A stretch of DNA of 64,000 bases from Ardenticatenaceae bacterium. GTDB lineage: Bacteria > Chloroflexota > Anaerolineae > Promineifilales > Promineifilaceae. Location of the stretch: the NCBI GenBank assembly GCA_020634455.1, contig JACKBQ010000002.1, positions 856,606 to 920,605 of the forward strand. The letters are read 5' to 3'. The position numbers were made by a program, and so were the translations under genes. The notes beneath the pieces were generated by a model. It was given only the letters and a program-made list of their open reading frames with translations. It had not been told where the DNA came from and ran no database searches. Positions within the stretch are counted from its first letter, which is position 1. Every line of letters begins with the position of its first letter. Positions 55,433 through 64,000 of the stretch are shown here, one piece after another.

Positions 55433-56005
55433 ATGCGTGTCATTAGCGGAAGCGCCAGGGGAAGCCGTTTAAAGCGGGTGCCAGGGGACTCCACCCGTCC
55501 TGTCATGGATCGCGTTAAAGAAAGCTTGTTCAATATTTTGGGCAAGGTGGATGGCGAGGTGTGGCTGGACTTATTTGCCGGAACGGGGCAGGTGGGCATT
55601 GAGGCGCTCAGCAGGGGGGCGGCTGAGGTGGTTTTTATTGATAAGGTGCGTCCAGCGATCAAAACTATCGAGGCCAATCTAAAAACAACGCGCTTGCAAG
55701 ACCGTGCCAGGGTTGTTCAGGCGGATGCGTTTGATTATTTGAATCGGAGTGCGGTTGGGCAGGGGAGCAACGGCCGTTTTCACCTGATCTATGTTGCCCC
55801 GCCGCAATATTTGGGTTTGTGGCAAAAAGTGATGTCGGTGTTGGATGAACGGCCGTCTGCCTGGTTAACCCCTGCTGGTATTGTGGCCGTGCAAATTGAC
55901 CCCAAAGAATATGAACTCCTCACCCTGCAAAATCTAGCTTTGTACGACAGCCGAACCTATGGCAATACCCAACTGTGTTTTTACGAGCAGCGTGCAGACG
56001 AATAA
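55433..56005 (+). CDS. rsmD: 16S rRNA (guanine966-N2)-methyltransferase RsmD-like
   Basis: MRVISGSARGSRLKRVPGDSTRPVMDRVKESLFNIL and LDLFAGTGQVGIEALSRGA. Motif IV reads VAPPQY instead of DPPF/Y. Confidence 0.85.
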   Translation: MRVISGSARGSRLKRVPGDSTRPVMDRVKESLFNILGKVDGEVWLDLFAGTGQVGIEALSRGAAEVVFIDKVRPAIKTIEANLKTTRLQDRARVVQADAFDYLNRSAVGQGSNGRFHLIYVAPPQYLGLWQKVMSVLDERPSAWLTPAGIVAVQIDPKEYELLTLQNLALYDSRTYGNTQLCFYEQRADE

Positions 56006-56006
56006 C

Positions 56007-56792
56007 TTACTGTTGTAACGTTACCTGAATGACGCATTGAGCAATGATGTTCTGTGCCTGGTTTGCAGCGGACAGGCGAATGAGGTAGGGGCCAGACTGC
56101 CACTCGCTCAGGTTTACACTGCCCAAAAATCCTTCCTGCACGGTTTGATCAATCGTGCGACCCAGTAATGAGGCCCATTGCCCACTTGTTTGTGGCCCGT
56201 TGGCTTCCAGTGTGTAGTAGCCGAAATCCTCAAAGTTGGCCGTGCCGTTGAATGTGATTGTGCCTGCCACCACAGAACCATTGCGTGGTTCCAAAATGTT
56301 TAGCTGCAAAGTACAGCCGACAGAGGGTGTGGGTGGGGGGAGCGGTGTGCCAACGGCCGTTGCTGTCTCGCCAGGCACCGTTTTGTCTGCTGGATTGTCG
56401 GCTGGTTCGCCAGGGTTGCCCGCCAGGGTGATGGTTGGCACCAGTGGGGGTGTGGTTGTGGGCTGGCGCGTAAGCAGCGGCGTGGGAGAAGAGAGTGGCG
56501 TTCGGAAAATGTCTGGCGTAGGGGTTGGGTCTCGGAATAGCGTTTCTGGCAGGGTGGGGGCAATCTGGTTGTTTACGTAGTAAACGCCACCGATGATTGC
56601 GGCCAAAATGATAATGACGATCAATGCGGTATTGCGAATTTGGGTGTTGGTTTCGCGCTCTAAATTAAAAATTGCGACCCGCAGTTGCCGCTGTGCCCGA
56701 ATGAGTTGGCTAAAGTACCAAAACAGCCCCAGCGTAGCAATGATGTAAATCGGAATATCGTTGTGCAGAATGAAGACGTAAAATTGATCCAT
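56007..56792 (-). CDS. hypothetical membrane-anchored protein with Pro/Thr-rich linker
   Basis: Two N-terminal TM helices, a PTPTPDIFRTPLSSPTPLLTRQPTTTPPLVPT linker, and a ~110-aa beta-rich C-terminal domain. Confidence 0.55.
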   Translation of the reverse strand: MDQFYVFILHNDIPIYIIATLGLFWYFSQLIRAQRQLRVAIFNLERETNTQIRNTALIVIIILAAIIGGVYYVNNQIAPTLPETLFRDPTPTPDIFRTPLSSPTPLLTRQPTTTPPLVPTITLAGNPGEPADNPADKTVPGETATAVGTPLPPPTPSVGCTLQLNILEPRNGSVVAGTITFNGTANFEDFGYYTLEANGPQTSGQWASLLGRTIDQTVQEGFLGSVNLSEWQSGPYLIRLSAANQAQNIIAQCVIQVTLQQ

Positions 56793-56920
56793 AAAAAGAA
56801 ATTAGACACTAATGACTCTACTGAAAAAACCACAGATTACGCAGATTTTTTACTCTGGACACCTTTGGAGCGGCAATCCAAGATTGCATGCGCCTCTGCT
56901 AGACCTTTTTTCAGTGGACT

Positions 56921-56975
56921 CACTGATAAACATTGAATTACACAGATAATATCCCAAAATCAGTGTTTATCAGTG
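56921..56975 (-). repeat. hairpin downstream of the PNP gene
   Basis: CACTGATAAACA (56921-56932) pairs with TGTTTATCAGTG (56964-56975). Confidence 0.6.
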
Positions 56976-57021
56976 CCAATCAGTGTCCAATTCAGAAAAT
57001 GATATGTGGCTCATCGGGGAG

Positions 57022-57864
57022 TTAGAGCTGTTGCAGAATACCACGCAGCAGGACGGTAAGCTTGGGTACAATTTGCTTGCCCATTTCCATCACCTCTTCA
57101 TGGTCCAGCACGGTGCCCGGTTTAGGGTCGGGCACGGCCATGTTAGTGATGGAAGAGATACCCATGATGCGCAAACCGGCATGGCGAGCGACGACAACGG
57201 TGGGCACGGTGGACATGCCCACTGCGTCTGCACCGACGGTACGCAGGAAGCGCAGTTCGGCGGGGGTCTCAAAGCTGGGACCGGCGACGTAGGCGTAGGT
57301 GCCTTCTTGCAGGGTGAAGTTGTTGGATACGGCCGTTTCCTTCGCCAACTTCCGTAATGCCACATCATATGTGCCAATCATGTCCATAAAACGGGGGCCA
57401 ATGCGGTCATCGTTGGGGCCGCGCAGCGGATTTAGCCCCGCCATACCCAAAAAGTTGATGTGGTCGGTTATGAGCATCAAGTCACCGGGGCTGAAGCTGG
57501 CGTTGATGCCGCCCGCCGCGTTGGTGACAATAAGCATTTTGATGCCTAGCGCGTTCATCACCCGGACAGGCAGGGTGATTTGCTCCATGTTGTACCCTTC
57601 GTAGTAGTGTGCCCGCCCTTGCTGCACCAGCACCGTTTTGCCCTCTAGGGTGCCGATGACCAACCTGCCGCTGTGTCCCACCACAGTAGATTGGGGCCAG
57701 CCAGGAATTTCTTCGTAAGGAATGATGTCTGGATTTTGAATGCTGTTGGCTAACTCGCTGAGGCCAGACCCAAGCACCAGCCCGATGGTAGGTTGGTAAT
57801 TGGTGCGTTGGCGAATGGCTTGAACGGCCGTTTCTACTTGCTGGGCAGTTTCGGTGGTAGTCAT
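57022..57864 (-). CDS. punA: purine nucleoside phosphorylase (trimeric PunA/MTAP-type)
   Basis: GLVLGSGL, VVGHSGRLVIG, GRAHYYEGY, GPSFETPAE and GADAVGMSTVP motifs. Confidence 0.92.
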   Translation of the reverse strand: MTTTETAQQVETAVQAIRQRTNYQPTIGLVLGSGLSELANSIQNPDIIPYEEIPGWPQSTVVGHSGRLVIGTLEGKTVLVQQGRAHYYEGYNMEQITLPVRVMNALGIKMLIVTNAAGGINASFSPGDLMLITDHINFLGMAGLNPLRGPNDDRIGPRFMDMIGTYDVALRKLAKETAVSNNFTLQEGTYAYVAGPSFETPAELRFLRTVGADAVGMSTVPTVVVARHAGLRIMGISSITNMAVPDPKPGTVLDHEEVMEMGKQIVPKLTVLLRGILQQL

Positions 57865-57938
57865 AGTTTCCCCTAAAAATAACAGGCCACGACAGGGCTG
57901 CCGTGGCGCACAAACTATAAAATTAGATAGATGGATCT

Positions 57939-58871
57939 TTAATTGGCAGGTTCGGCTTCTTCCAACTGCGTATAAATTTGGGTTGTCGAAATATTGGCGT
58001 GACCCAGCAATTTTTGAACTTCTTGCAAATCGGAGCCGCTGTTGAGCTTATGGGCGGCAAAGCTGTGGCGTAGGGTGTGCGGGGTGACCGCCACACTGAG
58101 ATCTGCTTCTTTGGCATACGCTTTGATAATGAGCCACAAGCCCTGTCGTGTGAGTTGCTGGCCTCGGTGGTTCAGGAACATAGCCGTTTCATCTTTGTCT
58201 TTTACCAGAAACGGCCGTCCTTCCTCCATGTAATTCCCCAAAATATCTTTCGTGTATTGATCAAATGGGAGTTCGCGAACTTGGTCGTCTTTACCCGGGC
58301 AATATAGCACCTTATTTTCTAAATCAACATCTGCTAGCTGCAAGGAAACAACCTCTGTTACCCGCATGCCAGTAGAATAAAGCATATTTAGCAATGCCAT
58401 ATCTCTCAGATTTTTAGGAGATTTTTTATTTGCTGGGGCTTGTAGTAATCGATCGACTTCTTCTGACGAAAGCGTTTTCGGTAAGCGTTTCTTCACTTTA
58501 GGTGAATCAATAGCGGTTGTTGGATTTTCTTCAATGATTTCATTGGCGCACAGATAATTGAAAAAAGATTTTACGGCCGCTACTTTTCTAGCCACGGAAG
58601 ATGAGGCGTAAGGCTGTTCCTTCATGTACTCGACATACCCATTGATTTTATCAGCATCGATGGATTGCCAACCAGAAGCATTCTTAATGCTGTTGTTATC
58701 CTGCAAGTAGGATACAAATTGCCCTAGATCATTTTTGTAGGCAGCAATTGTATTATTAGAATAATTGTATTCTTGTTGAAGGAACTTTAGGAAGGCGAGC
58801 AGCTGTTCTTCCATCGCCACACACTCCTTGCTATGCTCAGATATTTTGGAGGGCTTTTGTTCGTATAGCAA
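57939..58871 (-). CDS. xerD: tyrosine site-specific recombinase, XerD/XerC-like
   Basis: N-terminal SAM-like domain (LLAFLKFLQQEYNYSNNTIAAYKNDL). Catalytic region with ...TGMRVTE..., HTLRHSFAAHKLNSG and LLGHANISTTQIYTQ. The true start is probably Met20 (ATG at 58814). Confidence 0.85.
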   Translation of the reverse strand: MLYEQKPSKISEHSKECVAMEEQLLAFLKFLQQEYNYSNNTIAAYKNDLGQFVSYLQDNNSIKNASGWQSIDADKINGYVEYMKEQPYASSSVARKVAAVKSFFNYLCANEIIEENPTTAIDSPKVKKRLPKTLSSEEVDRLLQAPANKKSPKNLRDMALLNMLYSTGMRVTEVVSLQLADVDLENKVLYCPGKDDQVRELPFDQYTKDILGNYMEEGRPFLVKDKDETAMFLNHRGQQLTRQGLWLIIKAYAKEADLSVAVTPHTLRHSFAAHKLNSGSDLQEVQKLLGHANISTTQIYTQLEEAEPAN

Positions 58872-59291
58872 CGAGCGTATTTTTGAATGCAGTAAATACG
58901 TTCGTCTTACAAAAGGGGTGCCACTCTAAAAATTTTGTTAGTACTGAGCCAGAAAGTGTCAGATGAAATGATATCGGACAACTTAAATTAAGATTATGTA
59001 AGTTAAACTAGGCGCATTATAACAATTACTTTTCATAAGATCAAATATAAATCAACATAATGATCAAAACAAGGGTAGGTGATTTGTGCTATACGAATTT
59101 TGATCGTCTATCGTAACCCGGTATTGATTTTGGCTGGGGCGTAAAAGATGTTTTGGGCAAAATATTTGAATTGCAGAGGGTTTAGCGGTAAGGCAATAAC
59201 TGGTATGATTGTGTTGTAACTTTTTGTAGACATTACATTTGTCCCAAAAATCGCACGGTAAGAATATCCTTTAGAAAGGTTGTGTAAAGAA

Positions 59292-59810
59292 ATGAAGAGA
59301 GATTCCAAAGATCAAAAAGACGATCTGAAGTTTGAAGCTTTATTTAAGCAGGGGAGTGGGCTGCTGCATCAGGGCAAAGTAAATGATGCCGTTGCTGCGC
59401 TTCAGGAAGCGCACGCTCTTGACCCCACCCATTTTGATGCAGCGCTTAACTTAAGCGGTGCGTACATTTTAACAAAGAAATTTAAGCAGTCTGTGAAATT
59501 ATTGGAGCAACTGTGCGAGCAGTCGCCCAACAATGTAATGGTTTGGACTAACTTGGGCGCAGCTTATCTGGGGAATCCTATTTTGGCGCGTGACGAGGAA
59601 CAGTTACAAGCAATCGCTGCATTTAAGCAGGCATTGGCGATAGATCCTGCTGCGCCAAATGTAGCTTATAACATTGGCCTGATTTATCGTGATCGTCGCG
59701 AGTTTGATTTGGCGATTAGTTGGTTTGAGCGGGCGGTGCGGGCTAACCCAAACGATAAAGATGCAAGAAATTTAATTAAAAAATTGCGCGAAATGAACGG
59801 CCGTACCTGA
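59292..59810 (+). CDS. tetratricopeptide repeat protein
   Basis: Four or five TPR-like units (e.g. AVAALQEAHALDP, AIAAFKQALAIDP, AISWFERAVRANP). ATG 59292 within the track ORF from TTG 59280. Confidence 0.75.
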   Translation: MKRDSKDQKDDLKFEALFKQGSGLLHQGKVNDAVAALQEAHALDPTHFDAALNLSGAYILTKKFKQSVKLLEQLCEQSPNNVMVWTNLGAAYLGNPILARDEEQLQAIAAFKQALAIDPAAPNVAYNIGLIYRDRREFDLAISWFERAVRANPNDKDARNLIKKLREMNGRT

Positions 59811-59930
59811 CCCATCGTTTATTTATTACGAAACAAACCATTCGTTAGGTGCAGCAGTTTTCCGTAGTACCGTCACTTCGCTCAGCCCTTATTAACTTTG
59901 ACCTATCATTTTGACAAGGAAAGCGAACAG

Positions 59931-61328
59931 ATGAACATTATGTCTCCCACTTTTTCCCCTTTTGTTTCCCGTATGAAGGCAGAAGCTTTGCCACAAATCT
60001 TTATAGATACCTTTGCTTATTATTATGAGCAGCTAAAAACTGGCCAAACCGGGCACATCCCTGAGTCGGAAATTAAGCCTGCGACCAATATTCCCGATGC
60101 CGAACAGTTCCCAGAATATTTACAGGAAATTGGTAAGCATTCTTTGGCGAAAACGGCCGTAATCAAACTCAACGGTGGCCTGGGTACCAGCATGGGGCTG
60201 GAAAAAGCCAAATCTTTGTTGCCTGTTAAAGAAGGCTTGACCTTTTTAGACATCATCGCCCGGCAGGCGCAACTTGCCAACGTACCCTTACTGTTGATGA
60301 ATAGCTTTTCTACTGAAGACGATTCGCTCGATTTGCTAGAACAATATCCCGACCTGAACCACGATTTGCCCCACAGCTTTTTGCAGCATAAAGAGCCAAA
60401 AATCAGACAAGACAACCTTGCCCCGGTAGAATGGTCCGAAAATCCCGAACTTGAGTGGTGCCCACCAGGGCACGGCGACATCTACGCTGCACTCATGACC
60501 AGCGGCACTCTGGAAGCGCTGCTAGAAAAAGGGTATGAATACGCTTTTGTTTCTAATGCAGATAACTTAGGCGCAGTGGTGGATTTGGCCATTTTGGGCT
60601 ACTTTGTAGATAACGAGGTGCCGTTTATGATGGAAGTGGCTGATCGCACCGAAATGGACAAGAAGGGGGGGCATTTGGCCCAACGGCACGACGGTCAGCT
60701 CATTTTGCGTGAATCTGCGCAGTGTCCAACGGAAGATACGGCCGCTTTTCAAGACATTCAGCGCTACAAATATTTCAACACTAACAACCTTTGGTTCCAC
60801 TTGCCCACGCTACATCGGCAGATGCGTGCCCACGACAACCGGCTTGGCTTGCCCATGATACGCAACAGCAAAACGGTGGACCCGCGCGACCCAGATTCCA
60901 CGCCAGTGTATCAATTGGAGACGGCGATGGGCTCGGCCATTGCCGTGTTTAGCGGGGCGCAGGCCATTCGCGTGCCACGCAGCCGCTTTGCTCCCGTTAA
61001 GACCACCGATGACCTGTTGGCAGTGCGTTCCGATGCCTACACGCTCACCGATGATTTTCGCATTGTGGCTGCGAGCGCACGCAAGACCCAAAAGCTCAAC
61101 GTTGAGCTGGACGGCCGTTTCTACAAATACGTCAGCGATCTGGATGAACATTTTCCACACGGTGCGCCCTCAATGACAGAAGGCCAGAGCCTGATAATCA
61201 AAGGCGAATTCTGCTTTGGCAAGGATGTAAAATGCGTAGGCGACGTGCATTTGCGTAACGAAACTGACGTTCTAGTTATCATCCCCGATGGTACTGTGTT
61301 GACTGGCCTGCGTCATTATACTGCCTAG
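59931..61328 (+). CDS. UTP-glucose-1-phosphate uridylyltransferase, UDPGP (eukaryote-type) family
   Basis: Signature KLNGGLGTSMGLEKAKSLLPV, then LLMNSFSTEDD, PPGHGD and the NADNLGA block. ATG 59931 follows AAGGAAAG (the track ORF starts at TTG 59898). Confidence 0.85.
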   Translation: MNIMSPTFSPFVSRMKAEALPQIFIDTFAYYYEQLKTGQTGHIPESEIKPATNIPDAEQFPEYLQEIGKHSLAKTAVIKLNGGLGTSMGLEKAKSLLPVKEGLTFLDIIARQAQLANVPLLLMNSFSTEDDSLDLLEQYPDLNHDLPHSFLQHKEPKIRQDNLAPVEWSENPELEWCPPGHGDIYAALMTSGTLEALLEKGYEYAFVSNADNLGAVVDLAILGYFVDNEVPFMMEVADRTEMDKKGGHLAQRHDGQLILRESAQCPTEDTAAFQDIQRYKYFNTNNLWFHLPTLHRQMRAHDNRLGLPMIRNSKTVDPRDPDSTPVYQLETAMGSAIAVFSGAQAIRVPRSRFAPVKTTDDLLAVRSDAYTLTDDFRIVAASARKTQKLNVELDGRFYKYVSDLDEHFPHGAPSMTEGQSLIIKGEFCFGKDVKCVGDVHLRNETDVLVIIPDGTVLTGLRHYTA

Positions 61329-61381
61329 CAATTTCACACCATTTGTTGAAGAGACGACACCAACTGTCGTTGACCACCTAA

Positions 61382-61448
61382 AATCCACAGATTGCACAGA
61401 TTTCGCAGGTTAAAGCCAAATCTGTGTAATCTGGGAAATCTGTGGATT
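61382..61448. repeat. CACAGAT-word hairpin after the UGPase gene
   Basis: AATCCACAGATTGCACAGATTTCGCAG ... AAATCTGTGTAATCTGGGAAATCTGTGGATT. The arms are tandem 9-nt words and their complements. Confidence 0.7.
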
Positions 61449-61612
61449 ATTTTCACAGGAGCCTTTTTTCATTGTAGAGCAAGCGGAATGCATGGAGGTT
61501 ATAAAAATCTCTGCATTCTCCGCGATCTCGGCCGTAAAAAAACGGCCGTCCTCACCAATTCTTTGGCAAAAATTCGCGGTGCTCTCTGGCTGGATGTGAT
61601 ACAATTGTTTGC

Positions 61613-63001
61613 ATGAGCCAATCTCTTGTGGTTATTGGTGGTGGGTTAGCTGGAACAGAAGCAGCGTGGCAACTAGCCGAACAGGGCATACAGGTAAAAC
61701 TGTATGAAATGCGCCCAAAGCGGCCAACGCCGGCTCACGTTACCAATCATCTTGCCGAACTGGTGTGCAGTAATTCCCTCGGCTCCATGCTACCGCATAA
61801 AGCGCCTGGCTTACTAAAGGCGGAACTGCGTGGCTTGGGTTCGATGATTTTGGCTTGCGCGGTAGAAACGGCCGTTCCCGCTGGGACCTCGCTCGCCGTA
61901 GACCGTGATAAATTTGCCGAACGGGTCACCGCAAAAATAGAAGCCCATCCCAATATTGAACTGATTCGTGAAGAACTGACGGCCGTACCCATCGGCCCCA
62001 CCATCATCGCTAGCGGCCCACTCACCTCGTCCGCACTCACCGCCAGTATTAGCCAGCTCTCCGGGGAAGATCACCTCTACTTTTACGATGCTGTCTCTCC
62101 CATTGTGGATCATGACACCATTGATTTAAGCATCGCTTTCCGCCAATCCCGCTACGACGACGGCCAGGATGAAGGGGATTACATCAACTGCCCTATGACC
62201 AAGGATGAGTACGATCGTTTCTGCGATGCGCTGTTGGCAGCTGAAACAATCACCCTCAAGCATTTCGAACAGGAAGATCCCCATTTTTTTGAAGGCTGTA
62301 TGCCGGTAGAAGTAATGGCTCAGCGAGGGCGCAAAGCGTTGGCCTTTGGCCCGATGCGGCCTGTTGGGTTGATTGATCCAAGGAGTGGGAAACGGCCGTA
62401 TGCCGTCGTGCAATTGCGCCAAGATAATCTCATCGGCTCCCTCTACAACATTGTCGGCTTCCAGACCAACTTGAAGTGGGGTGAACAAAAGCGCGTGCTG
62501 CGTCTCATCCCCGGCCTGGAAAAAGCCGAATTTCTGCGCTATGGCATGATGCACCGTAACACCTACATCAACGCCCCTCATCTGCTTCAACCCACCTTGC
62601 AATACCGTGGCCGCGCCGACCTTTTCTTTGCCGGGCAAATTATTGGCGTAGAAGGGTACATGGGCAATGCCGCCACTGGCCTGGTGGCCGGACTCAACGC
62701 CGCACGGCTACTCAAGGGCAAAATGCCCGTCATCTTCCCCACCAACACCATGCTGGGAGCGTTGTGCCACTACGTTACCCACGCCAGCATGAAAGATTTT
62801 CAGCCGATGAAGGCGAATTTTGGTTTGTTTGAGCAGCCTCAACACCAAATGCCCAAAGCAGAGCGATACCGCTGGTACAGCGACCGTGCGCTCACCGCCA
62901 TGCGAAGATTTGCCCGAAACAATGATATTTTGTACGATCGCACCATTGCCGAAGCCAATTTGGCCGAGGAAGTCGTTGTGTTGCCAGGAGAAACCAGTTG
63001 A
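61613..63001 (+). CDS. trmFO: methylenetetrahydrofolate-tRNA-(uracil54-C5)-methyltransferase TrmFO
   Basis: [22 protein letters not shown] motif, [23 protein letters not shown]. Family-typical length of 462 aa. Confidence 0.93.
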   Translation: MSQSLVVIGGGLAGTEAAWQLAEQGIQVKLYEMRPKRPTPAHVTNHLAELVCSNSLGSMLPHKAPGLLKAELRGLGSMILACAVETAVPAGTSLAVDRDKFAERVTAKIEAHPNIELIREELTAVPIGPTIIASGPLTSSALTASISQLSGEDHLYFYDAVSPIVDHDTIDLSIAFRQSRYDDGQDEGDYINCPMTKDEYDRFCDALLAAETITLKHFEQEDPHFFEGCMPVEVMAQRGRKALAFGPMRPVGLIDPRSGKRPYAVVQLRQDNLIGSLYNIVGFQTNLKWGEQKRVLRLIPGLEKAEFLRYGMMHRNTYINAPHLLQPTLQYRGRADLFFAGQIIGVEGYMGNAATGLVAGLNAARLLKGKMPVIFPTNTMLGALCHYVTHASMKDFQPMKANFGLFEQPQHQMPKAERYRWYSDRALTAMRRFARNNDILYDRTIAEANLAEEVVVLPGETS

Positions 63002-63039
63002 CCGAGAATTTGAAGCTGTGGCTGCGCCAACAATCGGCT

Positions 63040-64000
63040 ATGCTGTGTGCCGTCACCCTGAACCGGGCACCCAACTTGCTGGTTGATGAAGACGATCTGA
63101 TAGAGTTTCTGTCAGTATTGGTGAGCAGCGTTGGCTCTTTGCCAGAATTACAGCTTGCTTCCGTGCAATCCTGGGCGCTCATAGCTATTGGGCATGATGC
63201 CCCGGCGGCGTATGACTGGATGGTTTTGCTGCGTGTGTTGAAGGAGCAAATCGGCCGTAGCCTGGTAGAACAACTCCCCGCAGAAGATGCACTCACGGCC
63301 TGGCGACTGATTGATGATGTACTCATCTACGCTATCATCGAAGCCACTCAGCTAGCATCCGACATGCAGCGGTCTGAGCTGCTAAACCACATGTCTCAGC
63401 TCCGCAGCCAACAAGAAAAATTCAAGGAAAGTAAAACCAAGTTCATCGCCGTGGCCGCCCATGAGCTAAAAACCCCACTCACCATTTTGGAAGGCTACAC
63501 CAATATTCTCAAGGCGGAGACGCAAAACGAACCACAACTGAATATTTACCTGGAAGGGTTAGGCAATGGTTTCCGTCGTATGCACGAAATTATTGGCGAT
63601 ATGCTGGATGTTTCATTGCTAGATTTGCGCACGGTGGAGCTAAAATACCAGGAAATCAACCTGGAAAAAACGGTGCTTTTGGTGGCGGATAGTGTAGACC
63701 GTTATTACATGACGCGCCGGGTTGATCTGAAAATTGTGCCATTTGAATTTGATAGCAGCACCTTTGGCGACCCGGAAAAGCTGAAAAAAGCGCTCACCAA
63801 AATCCTCATGAACGGGCTGAAGTACACGCCGGACGGGGGCGAGGTGGTGGTTACTGGCAGCCTGGTGCGGCAGGATGAAGTGACTGATGAGTTAGCAGGT
63901 TTTGTGGATATTCAGATCATGGATACGGGTATTGGCATTGATACGGAAAACCTGGAATCTATTTTTGAGAAGTTTGGCAGTATTGCAGATGCCAGTCTGC
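63040..64000 (+). CDS. sensor histidine kinase (3' end outside window)
   Basis: Open frame to the window end. H-box KFIAVAAHELKTPLT, N-box KILMNGLKYTP, G1 MDTGIGI. Start uncertain (TTG 62998 overlapping the trmFO stop, or ATG 63040). Confidence 0.8.
   Translation, partial: MLCAVTLNRAPNLLVDEDDLIEFLSVLVSSVGSLPELQLASVQSWALIAIGHDAPAAYDWMVLLRVLKEQIGRSLVEQLPAEDALTAWRLIDDVLIYAIIEATQLASDMQRSELLNHMSQLRSQQEKFKESKTKFIAVAAHELKTPLTILEGYTNILKAETQNEPQLNIYLEGLGNGFRRMHEIIGDMLDVSLLDLRTVELKYQEINLEKTVLLVADSVDRYYMTRRVDLKIVPFEFDSSTFGDPEKLKKALTKILMNGLKYTPDGGEVVVTGSLVRQDEVTDELAGFVDIQIMDTGIGIDTENLESIFEKFGSIADASL

Noticed and set aside
57939-58871. The tyrosine recombinase as an integrase marking a mobile element.
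   Set aside because: The sequence pattern and length fit chromosomal XerC/XerD. Flanking genes are housekeeping (PNP, TPR, UGPase). I saw no flanking direct repeats, tRNA target or phage/transposon genes. Only the composition shift is retained as a low-interest finding.

Overview
64-kb chromosomal segment of a moderately GC-rich bacterium. Gene content, Thr/Pro-rich lipoprotein linkers and the spacer repeats suggest a Chloroflexota/Anaerolineae-like organism, but that is inference only. About 60 protein-coding genes are supportable, mostly housekeeping: S9/S15/S41/M6 peptidases, ThpR, an ABC exporter, RelA/SpoT, YtxH, MnmA, a Nudix hydrolase, cysteine desulfurase, a GAF-PAS histidine kinase, enolase, ClpP, nicotinamidase, two ArsR-DUF2087 regulators, CorA, a P450, rpsF-ssb-rpsR, SucCD, RsmD, PNP, a XerD-like recombinase, UGPase and TrmFO. 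One co-directional block on the minus strand (35.7-47.4 kb) is a complete glucitol-family PTS: SorC-type regulator, HPr, GutM, SrlA, a split SrlE, SrlB and Enzyme I. It is joined to non-canonical catabolic genes: an NAD/SAF oxidoreductase, a class II aldolase-fold protein lacking the metal-binding histidines, and 2-oxoacid dehydrogenase E1 alpha/beta and E2. I recognised no rRNA, tRNA, CRISPR, transposase or prophage genes. The most striking non-genic signal is the octamer palindrome ACGGCCGT. By manual count it occurs roughly 110 times (about once per 0.6 kb), in genes on both strands, in all reading frames, and in spacers. This resembles cyanobacterial HIP1 but uses a different word. Most gene-3' spacers are also occupied by hairpins built from reiterated 7-10-nt words (a CGCAGAT/CACAGAG family, a GTAATCN heptad family and a GGGAGAGGG family). 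All coordinates for sub-ORF features were derived by hand from the printed sequence.
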